The notes under the pieces are model-generated. The model made no database searches. It saw only the letters and a list, made by a program, of their open reading frames with translations, and was not told the origin of the DNA. Position numbers and translations under genes: made by a program. Below are positions 24,212 to 38,005 of a stretch of 64,000 bases of DNA, piece after piece (within the stretch, counting starts at the first letter, position 1; each line of letters begins with the position of its first letter). Where the stretch lies: NCBI GenBank assembly GCA_028023455.1, contig JAQFVV010000003.1:1240001-1304000 (forward strand), written 5' to 3'. The stretch comes from Epiperipatus broadwayi. Lineage: Eukaryota; Animalia; Onychophora.

Positions 24212-25129
24212 ATGTAATTTCTATTAAACATTAATTTTTTAATATATGAATTTTTTCTATAGTACAGGCTTATTCAAAATAGAAAGATGAAGTTTGCAGC
24301 TTAACAGGTTAAAATAGAATAAAATTAGCCTATAGATTTAATGAATTTATTATTAAAAAATATAGTATTATTTGTATATTATGATGAACACAGTGCATAT
24401 CCAAACCCATTCACTATATATTAAAATAAAGTAATATTTCTTGACTTATTAATGATTAGAATATTTTGTGTTACCATATTTGGACATCTCTATGTTTATA
24501 TATGTTTGCTATTTAAACTACTTATTTATGTGTCTGTAAATTACAATTTTAATAATGTTACATTTATAGTTTTGTTTGCTAATGTATGCAAATAATATCT
24601 GATATTTGAAAGACACATTTAGAAAAAATCTATTTGTATTGTAGAATATTTATCAGATGTTTCATATTATTGTTATTATTTTTACTTCTAACTAATCAAT
24701 AAATTGATTAATCATTATTTTAAATTATTTCATATATATATATGTTTAAAAGCAAAATTAAAATTTCGCTTTTAAGCATATATTTTCTAGCTTCATTATC
24801 TGTGCATACAGCACATATATATATATTTAAATTATTTCAGTGAAATTATTTAATATTAAAATAGTTTAAGTATTATATATTTTGCATTGATCACAATCAT
24901 TAAGGCTCTTGGCTTTAAAAATATTGGATTTTGTTTTACAAATGTATTGATTCCTGAAGATCAGATGGTACGACTTCAGGAATCAACATTTAATAATAAA
25001 GAGAATTGACAAGATTTTAGTAATTATAATTGAATATCATTATTATAAACCATGATAATGAAACTTACAACAATTTTGTTGAATAAGTTTTATCCAGTTA
25101 TAAGATGAATGGTTACTAGAGATTCAATG

Positions 25130-26400
25130 TTGTTTTAGAAAATCAAACATTATAGAAATAGTTTTTGTTGCCAGGAGAGGCTTTATATACTACTTTTATT
25201 GATTTGGTCAAGGCATTTGATTCAATTAATTAAACAGGACTATGGCATTGTTTGAAATTAGTTTGATGTGTAAACTTTATTCATATTGCATAAATTATAC
25301 ATGATGGAATAAGAGGAAATGATATTAGACTACATATGAAAAATATGAGCCATTTGAAATTATAGTGGTGGAAAATATGGATGTGTACTTGCTCCAATAT
25401 TGTTTTCAATTTGACAGTGGACTTATTTGATACTTCTCCTACTTGGCTTAATGAAACTGGAATCAAGATGAAATACAGGTTTGATGATGGAATTTTTAAT
25501 TTAAGTCAATTAAAAGCAAAAACAAGATCTTAAATTTTCTTAGATTCTAGATTTAGAGTATTCTGATGATTGTGCTACTTTTACTAGATCAAAAAGTGAT
25601 CTATGGATATGCTTAATGTTTTGAATGCAGCAAATAAAGACTTTGGTTTAATAATTAACATTCAAAAAACTCAAGTTTGTTATTAGCCAATGATAGGAAA
25701 AAAATCCTCAATAACTTTTAACTTGGATGATTAACAACTTGAGAACGTAAAGCAATTTAAATATCTTGGCAGTTTTATAAGTAGAAAAATGGACTTAGAT
25801 GTTTTTGTGCAACACAGACTCTAATGCATTGCTGAAGTTTTTAATAATTTAAAAAGTAGGGTATATTACCATAGAGAAATAACTATTGCAACTAAATTAA
25901 CTGTATATAGAGTAAGTATTTTATCTAATTTATTGGGGAAAAGTGGGAATTGAGAACTCTATTGAAGCAGTATAAAGGCATTAAAAAGTTTCATTTAAAG
26001 ATGTTCTGCAATATTTAAAACTACAATGGCACAGTCATAAAACCAGTCAATATGTTTTTTCAGTTTGCTGAATGGTCATACTATAGAATCTACTATTTTA
26101 CAATCACAGATTTATTGGATTGGACATTTAAAAAATGAATGGATAATTTAAGACTTGTACATTATAAGGATTATCCTAAAGACAGTCTAGAAAAATGCAA
26201 TATTGATTATGTCCATTGGGAGATGCAGAAGAGAATACATTGGAAAACTACAATTAGACATGGTGTTAAAATATTTTAGAAATAAATGTTTTTTGCTAAA
26301 GAAATTAAAAGATAACATCATAAAATATTAAATAAACAAAAAAATGGACCAGATATATGTATTTGTGGTTCCATATAATCACTTCAAAACTAATCTCTAA
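25130..26400 (+). mobile_element. Decayed RTE-clade LINE (RT domain to C-terminus)
   Basis: FIDLVKAFDSI, GCVLAPILFSI, YRFDDGIFNLSQLKAKT (RTE-typical YR.DG..FNL..L.AKT), LEYSDDCA, LENVKQFKYLGS. Confidence 0.85.
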
Positions 26401-27520
26401 AGCAGTTGCTTTGTCTTTACTTTGGAGTTGGAATAGTTATGCATGTTGTAATAAGATAGAAAATATATAATTGGAACCATTTTAAAAGGTTACAAAATGT
26501 TAGCACTTTTAAGATAGATTTTTATTAAAAAAAAGTTGGTAGTTTGTAATAGGTCATTTTCTGGAAAATGTTTTTTTTTCATATTATAGTTGATTAACTT
26601 TAAAAGATTTGCCTTTACAAAATGGTTTAATCTGAAAAATTATCAGTCCAAGGTTTTTTATGTAGGCTAACAGCATTATTAATTAAAATTCACATTATTA
26701 TTAATAACTATGGCCAACAATTTTTTTAATCATTTTCTGCCTCAAATTCATTTTTAAAATTATGACAACTAAGAATTCTTGATATTCTGATATTGCCTCT
26801 ACTATTGCTTTTTTTAGGCTTTTCACAAAAAAAAAAAAAATTAAAAAAAAGATTAAAGTCAGAAATTGCTGTATGATTAATTGATATTTTATTTAATCAA
26901 ATATTATTACAAGTATAATAGGAAGATGATGGTGTAAAAGTCATAAAAACCAGTTTTTATATTAAATTACGTGATTGAGGGTTAAGATAAAAAAATACAG
27001 GGAGTAGACAGAAAAGGTTGATAACATCAGAATTAGAATCTAGTCTTCCATGAACCAACCACAAAATAACAGAAAGTATTCTTGATCAAGCATTGCTTAT
27101 TGGTTATTTGCAGTTAATTTTAAATTTGAAATCATTCCATTATCTCTCACCTGAGACTCTTATTGATAGCCTGAGAACAACTATGTAGAAATATAATAGT
27201 ATGTATCATCGCTATATAATTAAATATTTATGCACATAATTTTTTTTAAAAAAGCAATGAAGAAGACAAGTAAGTTTCATAAAACAGTTTCTACTTGAAC
27301 CAGAAAATTTTTTAAACATTTGATCTATTGTGAAAAAGAAATATATGCATATTTATTAATTAACAATTAGTTAAAAATAATTTGTATACACATATATAAG
27401 TGAATAAGACAAATGAGTTTGTAAAGCATTTTCTAATTGAATGAGAGAATATTTTAAACATTTGGTCTATTTGCATAAATTTACATAAGGCTTTATTACA
27501 AGCATTTCTTAATTGGTAAG

Positions 27521-27563
27521 AAATATGTTTATGGGAACTTAGATTTCCTGAAAGCGCTCAGAT
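27521..27563 (+). ncRNA. Degenerate A3-U8 minimal hammerhead-like motif
   Basis: ATGTTTA-T|GGGAA cttagat TTCCT|GAAA GCGC TC|AGA: intact palindromic GCGC loop and a third, unrelated stem II; A6 and stem I are mutated. Confidence 0.5.
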
Positions 27564-27919
27564 GATTAATTGAGATTATTAATTAATACACTATATAGCT
27601 GCATTACATATGCTATAAAGCACAATTATAGAGTTAAAGATTAGATATATAATTTATATACACACGTGTAAATGAATAATTAAAATATTTAAATGCATTC
27701 TCTACTATTAAAATAATGTCTTATTGCATAATATTCTCAATTATTTTTTATTTTAGTTAGTGGTGATTTTTCCATAATTATTTATGTGAAAATAAATGAA
27801 TGACTTTTTTGATTTATTTATATAAATAAATACCTTTGGCTAATATCAGTAGTTTATTTTGTGTAATTATTCAGAATATCAAAAAAATTTCAATGTTATT
27901 TCTACATTATAGTCTATGT

Positions 27920-28402
27920 CAGGGCAAACTAGTTGGTCATGATCTACTTGTAATGTGTTTTTTGGTAGATCTTTTTTCCTCTGACACATTATATGTAAAA
28001 CATTGCATATAAAATGATTAGTTTTAAGAATTTAGAGAATCATCAATTTTAGATATTAAATTAATAATTCTTGAATTGTTTTAACGATTTTAATGAATCA
28101 CTGATTTCAGATATTAAATTAATAATTCTTGATTAATTAATAATTCTTGATTAATATTTATGGTTATTTTTTTTTTTATAAATTCTGATTTTAATAAAAA
28201 TCATTAATTCAACATAATATCAAGAATCTCATTAATAATTATGTTTTTTAGTAATTCATTATAAATGTTTACATTTTGATATGCTTAATGAATGCTGAAA
28301 ACAGATTTTAACATATTTTTCTCCAGTATATGAATAGTTCACTAGATTATTCTATTAAAAGAAAAAGTAGCTTGCATTTCTAAAAATTGTTGAATAACCC
28401 TG
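27920..28402. mobile_element. Decayed hAT-type MITE
   Basis: CAGGG...CCCTG ends, GATCTAC/GTAGATC subterminal inverted motif, imperfect 8-bp TSD GTCTATGT/GCCTATGG with central TA. Confidence 0.5.
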
Positions 28403-31400
28403 GCCTATGGGGATTATATTTATACAAGATTCAATTTTTTAAAAATAAAGTATGCATATACAAAATAATTTGAAGAACTCTGCACAGAAGTATGAGGTTC
28501 TAATAAAAGTCATTAGATTTGCATTATTGTTTTACCAAGAGCTAAAAGGGATAAGTCTTATAACTGGGCTCACTCTTATATGATTACCAACTTAATGTTA
28601 GTGTACTTTTCTACATACAATAGGTAGTTTAGATTCAAAGTTAAGACTGTTTGAATTTTCTAGCCATAGGCTTTGAATAACAGAGTAGAATAATAGATAA
28701 AAACACAAATTTACACCATATTAAATGAAAATGAAGTTAACTAAAAATTATTCATGAAAATCTAGATATATTACCATCTGTTGAACCATTGATTTATTTA
28801 GTGCTTGTATATTTTGGGTAAGTCTACTGAATTCAGCAATGAGTAGAAATTTATAAAATCAATGTGCTTTAGATAATCTTATACCTCACACAAATTTACA
28901 CTACATAATATGTGGCAGAATTATAGAATATGGTCTTCCATATCTGAGGTACAATGCACTCTTTTACAAAAAATAGTTGTTGCTAATAGACTAATGTTAG
29001 AATCCAATGGGACATTTTTCTTGTGATTTGGATTGTGGATTTAGCATTACTAAATGATTTTGATTTATACTTGTATATGTTTTTGTGGGTTATGAAATGG
29101 AAAAACTTTGACTACATCAGTGTTAAACATCAGTCCAATGTATAAATTCTAAAAACTTTAAATTTACTGAATATACAAAGCTCTTATAAATATACACATT
29201 AAAATTCTTAACAAAACACTTATCAAATTACATCTAAGCTTTCTCTAATATTTTTAATTTTTATTATTATGTATAGGATCTAGAAATATTTATATCCTTT
29301 TGATAGCTATTTTTTTATTAGCTGGGATATACATTGCCACTTCTCTTTTGCATATCATTTGAAACAATATTAACTAAAGAAATGATTCAGTTTTGTTTCA
29401 CATATATTTATATTATGATTTGTTTGATATCTTTAAAATAGTTTTGAAGAGATGATAGAGCTTCATTAATTGTGAAGCATGAATACAATGGTAAGATAAA
29501 GTTAGGCAAAGAGGTAATAGAGAATGATATTTGTGATCAATATTTGATATTGTGTAGTCATTTTTAACTTTTTAATCTTCTACTTCAGGAAAAAGAATGG
29601 CCGTATTTGTTTGTATGTGGCATGGTAGTTAATGTCTGGATATCTACATTAATGGAAGTATTTCATTGTATAATTTTATAATTAATCATCTATGTAAAAA
29701 CAAGTAATCAATAGACACAATTGATGGCATCATCATTGTCCATTCACTTTGAAATGGATGTTTCTGTTAAACATAAGGTATAAGAGTTATGTAATCTCTT
29801 GCATAGGATGAACTGGTGTATGTTTGCAAAAGCCAATATTATTAGGAAATATATTGTAATCAGCATTATTGTGTGCATTAATAATATACAAAATTAGTTG
29901 TAATAGCTAAACTGAAATTTATATACCAACCAATCATTTTATTTAATAATATTATTGCAATTACACATAAACACATTGCAACACATTGCATTTCCTACTA
30001 ATAAAAAATTCACAAGTAAGACAGTATTTTTTGCCATTACAACAATTTTTATGTTTCATTATAGTGAGACAATAATATTTGAAATATATTTTATAAATAA
30101 AATTATTTTAGATTAGCAAAATTGTATTTATTTATTTTTTTAGATATATTTTTATTTATAATATTCATTCCCACAAAATAATGACTAGTCAGTGAGCTCT
30201 AATTAGCAGTGCATTTATTGTCTTCTTATTCTTTTAATTAATAATAATATTTGGTTTTCTGCTTGGAAGTTTATATATTATGTAATGAAATAAGACTATA
30301 TGAAAGATATTGTCTTAACCCTGATTAGTATTTATATCTTTTCTCTATTTCCCTCCCATATCACTGTCCTCAATTACTTAGATTCATACAGGGTCTAACC
30401 ATTGTTACCCTTTCATGCCATTGGTCATATTGTTACACCATGATAGAATTATGTATATGTGCAAGCACATTTTCAATCTCTAATTATACCTGCAACAATT
30501 CTGTCTCTAATCTTATCAATTTTTTTTAACTTTTTATTCATTATCTTTCTGCCTTTTTTTCTTTCTGGAGTTGAATGGTCATACTCATTGCCTTCTAATG
30601 ATGATGAAACTGAAAAAAGAATGGTCATCATTGTAAGAACAGAAATAAAATTATATTTTAATGAAAATGGTTTTTTTTTAAAACATTTTTTTGATTTTCC
30701 TAAATTATGTTACTTTTAGTCTGATTTGAATAATTTAGAATTTAGAAAGGAAGAATGGTGGTGTATTTAATGCATAAGTCGAATTATATTTAATATGACA
30801 AAAAGCTCCTCTTCAAATGAAATCAGAAGTTTATGTATATAAGCTATACCAGAGACCTTGTTAAGCATTCTCTCACTCTGAAATGGTTATACAGCACTAA
30901 AAATTGATAATAGTTCTTCAAACATCCTATTAATCCTTGCAATCATTTTTGCAGATTTTTTTTATCTTTTGTTAATAACCTGTTTTATTAATTCTAGTAT
31001 CACATACTCATTTCACCCATTTTTGTTATAAATATTTAAACATTCTATGTCATAATAATAAATATCCAATATTTTTTCTTTCATCTCTATATAATGCACA
31101 TTTACAATCTAAATGTTTATTCTGTTTTTATCCTTTTTTGTAGATAACCAAAGCTCATAATATAGTTTTGTAGGGGTCTGCTATTGAACAATTTGATAAC
31201 ATCAGTAACAAGTTAATTGTATGTATCTTTAATTTTGAACTCATTAATTACATTGGGACTAAAATAGAAGGATGTATCTAATTTTAGATTATGTAATCTG
31301 GAGAGGAAATCAGTGTATATTTATATTCTTTTATGTAATAGTAATGAATATTTAGCTGTTCAGGGGTCTTTAATCCAAGAATTTAAAGTAAGAAAAGACT

Positions 31401-33439
31401 TATTAGGATCTATACTTTTTTTATTAATCAATAATTGTGTCAACTATATTTTAAGAATTATTTTTTATATTTATGCAGTCATATTTGAGTAGCCAATACT
31501 TTATGATCTATATCATTCAAAAATATTATTCTAGATTATATATGTCATTAAGAATGGATGTATAGTGAAACCTAACATAAAAAAATTATAGCCAAAGCAT
31601 GTTATCATACATTGATTATTGATAAATTGATGAATTATTTATTTGGTGATTTGATTTAAAAACACTTGTGATTTGTGTGGAACTAGATTATCTAGTGGTC
31701 TTTGATTTGGATTTCTGGAAAAAAGGTTTGGATTGGCTGCTAAAAAATTTTCTTTGATGAAACTTGATTTAATCTCACTACATTTTACTAAAGAGGACAA
31801 ATTATAAATATTTAATATTCTCTAACTAATTGTTGATGGTGAATATTTTTCACCTTATTATTATTTTTATTATTAAAGCATAGATAATTGTATAATTTAA
31901 ATGTATATAGTACAACTATAAACTTGTTGTTTCAAATATTTTATAATTTTAATATGTGACTGAATGGCTAACTTTCATTAGTCTAAAAATTTATTTTGTT
32001 AAAGTGGAAAACTTTCAAATCAGATTTATCTATATAAAAAACTGAATTGTATTCATAACAAATATGATTACATTTTCAATAAAAGATTCGAAGCATTTGG
32101 CAAAATTATTAAAATGGTTTGATAATTTTACCAATTACTTAGAAAAATTATATTTTAGTATATAAATATAGATTGTTTTAGCATTGGTGGTTCTCCTACG
32201 CAATTACAGCAATGTTGTGGTGTTCCATAGCATAATCAAGATGCATTATGTAATTATACAATATGATGCACAAAGTAACATGATTTTGATTAAAATATGC
32301 ATTGTAAAAAAATTAAGTTGTTATATAGATCCCATTTAAGTGATTAATAATATAAACTAGATCTGCTTTATGACAGTGTAACTGTCATAGCCCATCAATA
32401 AGTGTGAAAGAATCTTAGTAACTGAATTGAAATTAAGTCTGTGATAAGAATTTTTATATAAATGCTTAGGTGTTATTTGAGATGGGAAAGTAATTTACTT
32501 GGCTTTCAGTTTTTATAAAATAGATTTAAATTTTAACTGCTTAATTTTATTTTTTAACTGTTTTTCAACATGAACTTCTCGATATCTTTATCAGCAACAA
32601 CAAACGGGTGATAACTTGATGTTTCCTCTGCTGAACCATGTATTGATACAATAGAGTATCCAAATGATAAGTTATCAGCCCATTTAACTGAATGTTTGTC
32701 TTTACCCTACAGTTTAAATTTCTTACTGCATAGTGTATACTATTTAATTTTGAATTCATATTGTTAATGCATGGTGCTCTAATACAGACATATGACATTT
32801 AAAAGCTATGCAATATCTTTCAAAAACAGATCTAATCATAATATGACTAATATATAACATCTTAGTTGCTCAAAATAATGATAGACTTCAAATAAATGAC
32901 CATAATGATTTCTCCAAAGTTGTTTAATTAATAAATGAATCTGTATTAAGACAAAACTTTATTTTCAGATATACCTTGAATTGAGTGGTATATTTCAATG
33001 AATTGAATATGAATTTCAGTTAATTCAGATGAGTATAAATGTTGAGAGATTTTTTCACTTGTAAGAAGTTTATAATTTAATCTTAGGATATTTAATAACT
33101 GTGCTATGATAGAAAATGATATCTTAACTAAAGGAATTAAATTTGAATTATTCATAAAGTCACTGCTGTATGGTTATAGCATAAATTATTGAGGAAAGTA
33201 CGCCTCTAATATTGATTTAACTCAAATAATGATTTAAGATTTAGATTTTACTTTATGTATAAAAGGCAGATTAGAAGTATATAGAAAAATGACAGATGTT
33301 ACAAGGTGCTATAAATATTGCATTCAGCCATTAGGATTATCTAAAACTTTAGTACATATGGCACTAATGAGTTTCACTTTTGTCATTTGGTAATCACAAT
33401 TGAAGAAAAGAAATATCATGCATTTAAGTTTATTAACAA

Positions 33440-34380
33440 TTAGGTAACATAAATGTTGATATCTTCATTGACATCTTGATTTGGGTAATGTAGAGAAAGC
33501 TTCTAAAAAAGATTCCTGGAGAAGAATAATGAAAATGATATTGCATTTTCTTCTTAGTAGCATATTGCCAGATAAAAGATTTAGTCGATTTTATTGCCGA
33601 GTCAGTTGCTTTGGAACTTACTATTTGCCACAGAAAATGAAAAGAATGTCAACAAGTGATACCACATGAATGGATATGTCTAAATTAGAATATGGAGAAT
33701 ACTAGAAAAAGTGTTGCTAGTATTGTTTATTTTGTATAGATTGCAACCCATAAAAAGGACAGCGGAGAATCTAAAAAATTACCTAAATTCAGTAACAAAA
33801 ACTCATAGTCACACATAATTTTTTAATAGAGTCATTTGTATCCATTAGAAATGTGTGATGAGGAATAAGGAGCTGCAGTGTATGTAAAAATATCAACTAT
33901 GATTTCAAATTAATTTGGGCCATTATGTTGAGAGGAGAAAGCTTCAACTCTTTTGAACGTGGAAGTTCATAAGCAATGAAGATGATATGCTCTTGACACT
34001 ATGTGCTAGTAAAAGTTTTGGCAGAATAAGGTTATTCCATCTTTTTAAAGATGAATATTTCAAATCATTATTACTCACATTGCAGCTTTTATCTATCAAC
34101 AGCATATATTGGTTGTTTTTGTAATTTATCTCATCAGAAATGTCTACCATTATTATAAATTTGAGATCAATAAGACTGCTTTGTTGCAGGCCTAGTATAA
34201 GACATATAATCATACAAAATCTTAGTGTGTTTTGATAGTGTAAATAAGCAGTTTTTTTATTGATAAAGTCAATAATAAAAACTAGTTTGGAGATGTGGAT
34301 ATGCACTATTATCTAGTGATCATTGATTACCCAGTTTTGCAATAAATGGTTCTGGAGTGAAGTAATTTGTAATAATTGTT
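33440..34380 (+). mobile_element. Highly decayed RTE-like LINE RT fragment
   Basis: Fragments FID..EKA..IPGEE (cf. FIDLEKAYDRVPREE) and WKFISNEDDMLL (cf. W.L.YADD.VL), in the expected order. Confidence 0.4.
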
Positions 34381-35129
34381 TTGTATTTTCACACTTGCAT
34401 CTAAGTCTTTTTATGAATAACAAAATTCATAGGTAGTAATAAATCCTTAATAATGTGCATTTTTAATATAACTATATTTATAATGCAAGCATTTGCACAT
34501 TAAAATATCATACATCTTTATTTTCAATAACTTTCTCTTTTTGTAATATTTTTCTTCATGGTTTTTATGATAAAAATTATCAATGAAATGCAATAGATAA
34601 AATGCCTAAATGATTTTAAATTCAAAAATTGAGGTTATCATATTTACCAGAAAAACTTTTTTGTAGCACCAGCATTTACACTATAAACTAAATAATTAAA
34701 ATTTAGAAAAGAAAAATTTTTTTATTTTCTATTTTTTTTTTCATGCTGAAATTGTTATTGAAAACATAGATATGATATAAAGACTATATTTACTCTTAAT
34801 CAGAAGCTACTGTAAAAGAGACTTTTAATAATGTTAAGAGATTGTTAAATTTTTTGGTTAAAGGTTCACTTTGTATAAAATATTATCTTGTAAAAGCAAA
34901 AAAATATTATCTAGAAATATGTTTTGCAAAAAAAAAAAAGAAATATAAAAATAAAAAAATTACTTATATCTTTAATTCATCTTTCGATTTTTCTGTTGTT
35001 TTAATCTAAATCAATTATTAATAAATTTGTTTTATTTTTTATTATTTTGATATAAATCAATTATTAATAAAATTGTTAAATAATGCAGAAAATATTGTTT
35101 TTAAAATGGAAAAATAGTTGCTAATTAAG

Positions 35130-35935
35130 AATTCATTAATAAGAGAAGCTATTCATCCCAAATCAAGAGTCCCTTTAGAACACAAACTTGCAAATCTCAA
35201 ATGTTTCTTGCACAGAAACATGAACTTATGCAAATATGAATTGTAGGAAAAATAATATTGATGCTTATATCAATGACCTCACAAGTCTTGGATATAATAG
35301 GATTATGCTAACAAAAACAATCTGCAAACTTTACACTGATTTAAATAGAAATAAAATTACAAACGATTCACCAAAAGCATGGGTAAACCTTCCATATGTC
35401 TCTAGAATTGCAAAAAAACTAAGAAATATAAGTGCTGATCCATTACTAAATAACTTATTAAATAATTCAAAAGATAAAATGCCAGCGAAGCAAGCCTCTC
35501 AAAGTTGTTTACAAAATTATATGAAATATCCCATCCTGTAGTTCTGTATATAACAAAGATTTCAAGGATTACTCATTATATACTTATGCAACAGAGCAAA
35601 ACAGAATAATGAATATAAATCAATTTTCCTCGATCATGAGCTTGCTATGAATTACACTTTCAATTCCACTAATGGGAGGACAATTTGTGCCAAAAGAGAT
35701 GATAGAAAAAAGTATATATATAAGGAGGCTTGAGCAATTGCAAAGAATTCAAATGCAATCAACAGGAAGGATTCATACATTCCATTATTAGAAAAATGAA
35801 ACATTTAAATGCCACATTTACATATTAGACCTCATTTACATAATAAATTATGTCCATGTATAGGCATAATTTTCAACTGCTAAATTATTGCTAAATTCTA
35901 GCAATGGTCTGCTGAAAACATGTTTAGTGCATTAC
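35130..35935 (+). mobile_element. Penelope-like element 3' fragment (RT thumb, GIY-YIG, pLTR)
   Basis: AIHPKS..PLEHKLA, LGYN, WVNLPYV, LNNLLNNSKD..VYKI, then decayed EN. A possible decayed hammerhead lies at about 35890-35930 (AGCA atggtc TGCT GAAA ACATGT TT AGT). Confidence 0.75.
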
Positions 35936-36720
35936 AAAAGTTTTGAATTTCTTTTTTTACCTTTTTATAATACTCGATTGCAACAAGTTTATAAGAATTG
36001 CATTGATTAACAAAAAAAAAAAGAATTAAATATTTTGAATTAAAAAGTTTATATACAGAAAGACTAACTGAGCTGAAAGGAAAAGTGGATTGGAAATGAA
36101 TTTAAAGGGAGAGTATTCTTTTTTTTTTGAAAAAACAAAACAAAACATAGAGGGAACTATAAAGCAAGGCAACTTTTTTAATTGCCAAGATGAGATACAA
36201 TATTTAAAAAAAATATTTTTTATTAAATTATTAACAAAAAAACATGTAAATAAAATTTTAAAAATAAATTGGCAGCATTTTTTGTGTAATCTCCCCCATC
36301 CCCTTTCTCTTTTATCAAAACTCACTCAATTCTCTGAATGAATTTTTCATTTATTCTTAAAATTTTCTAGAATAATCTTTTAATGAAATAATTAACCCAC
36401 ATCAACAACAATGTAGTTTGTAATACTCCATCTAAAATCAGTATGTGATATTGATCCTAAGATATATATATATATATATATATATGTTTTATAAATATAA
36501 TTTTTATAAGCTTATTTACAATAAATGTTAAATTATTTGCACATAATTTTTTTTAAAAATATAGTGAAAATGAAATAAAATTACTTTTGTTTAGCTAGCT
36601 TCAGTTGATAGTTTTTTTGTATTCAATTAATTGTTTTCTTATAATCAGTTATTATAATAAAATAAATTTGCTTCTTTTTATTGCTACCATTAATTACAAT
36701 AATTTTTATTATATTAATCT

Positions 36721-37413
36721 TTAGATGGGTTTGAATCCAGATTTTCAAGCTCACTTTAGTCATCCATTTCATCTTATCCAACCAATACACATAACCATAT
36801 ACTTGTGAAAAAGACAAATGATCTCCAATATTCATATTTATTGTTGAACTAGCACTTATCAGTTGATCCAGATCATGAGCTCCCACTCATATATATAATC
36901 AATACACAATTTATATTGAGATAGCAAATTTTCAAACTTTAATGGACAGGCTTTAATCTCCTCCACTCTCCAATTTTTTAGCTATTCATATCATTGAAAA
37001 TCTGATGATGGTATATTCAAAGCCCTTGTTTGCCAATATTGTTGGCATACTCATGCTAACCATAAATAGTTCTGACCTCTCATGGGTATGACAACAATAT
37101 CAGAAAGCAAGAGCTTTGACCATCCCATCATCAGATTTTTTATGATATGGCTGGTTGAAGAGTTGGAGAGTGAAGATTAAAACCTGTCCATTAATGGTTG
37201 AAGATTTGCTATCTTAATAAAAACCAAGCACTGATTATATATATACATAGAAAATGATGATCCAGACCAACTGATGAGTACTGGTTCAGCACAAAATACA
37301 CATACTGGAGATCATTTATCTTTTTCACATGTATGTTGTCATTTATATCGGTTGTAGAAGATGGAGCAGATGACTGAAGTGAGCTTGAAAATATGAGTTC
37401 AAATCCCATCTAA
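36721..37413. repeat. Foldback: two inverted ~335-bp units, each with a type I hammerhead and Pol III A/B-box-like motifs (retrozyme-like)
   Basis: Arms 36721-37055 and 37081-37413 align as reverse complements with a ~25-nt loop. Hammerheads at 37252-37317 (+) and 36816-36876 (-); A box 37362-37373, B box GAGTTCAAATCC 37395-37406. Confidence 0.75.
37252..37317 (+). ncRNA. Decayed type I hammerhead with bulged stem I
   Basis: CCAA CTGATGA GTAC tggttca GCAC (G>A)AAA TACACA TA CTGG AGATCAT. The two-arm consensus gives stem II GTGC/GCAC and stem I ATGATC..CCAA / TTGG.GATCAT. Confidence 0.6.
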
Positions 37414-38005
37414 TTACATCTAACTTAAATATATATACTATGTTTGTTTTTAAATATTATATTTGTCTTTAAAATATATATAAAAAATAACAATTTTTTG
37501 CTAAAGTAGATTTAAATTTGCAGCTGTCTAGACTACAGCTTGTATAAGATACTTTTAAAATAGGAAGGGGGTTATACATTTAACACTACATGAGCTAAAT
37601 TCAAATTAATTCATTTTTGTAAAATACAGACATATTTAGGAAAGTACTGAGAGGGAAATCTGTTGGTTTAAAGAATAATTTGAAATGAAGGCATTTGAAA
37701 ATTGATAATGATATCACATATCAGTTGTAGCCATTGTAGGTTAACAGAAATGTAATATGAGTTTTATTATAATTTATTTTGTTTTATTTTTCTTTATTTT
37801 TTTAATTGTTATTTCTTTTTTTTTTTGTCCTGAGTTTTTTAAAATTTTATCTAATACATTTTCCCCTCCTATTACATCCATTACTTTGTTGATTAGACTA
37901 TTTTAAATAAGTATTAATAGTCTTTTCAGTAATTTTAAAAGATACAGATTTTAAGCTTTGCCTCATGTATCAAAATTAATCAGTTTACTTTTTTTTATCT
38001 TAGAG

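Noticed and set aside
26022-26040. 15-nt match to the LTR/PBS junction (TACAATGGCACAGTC)
   Set aside because: It lies in frame within the RTE relic (LQWHSHK) with no other LTR similarity; treated as chance.
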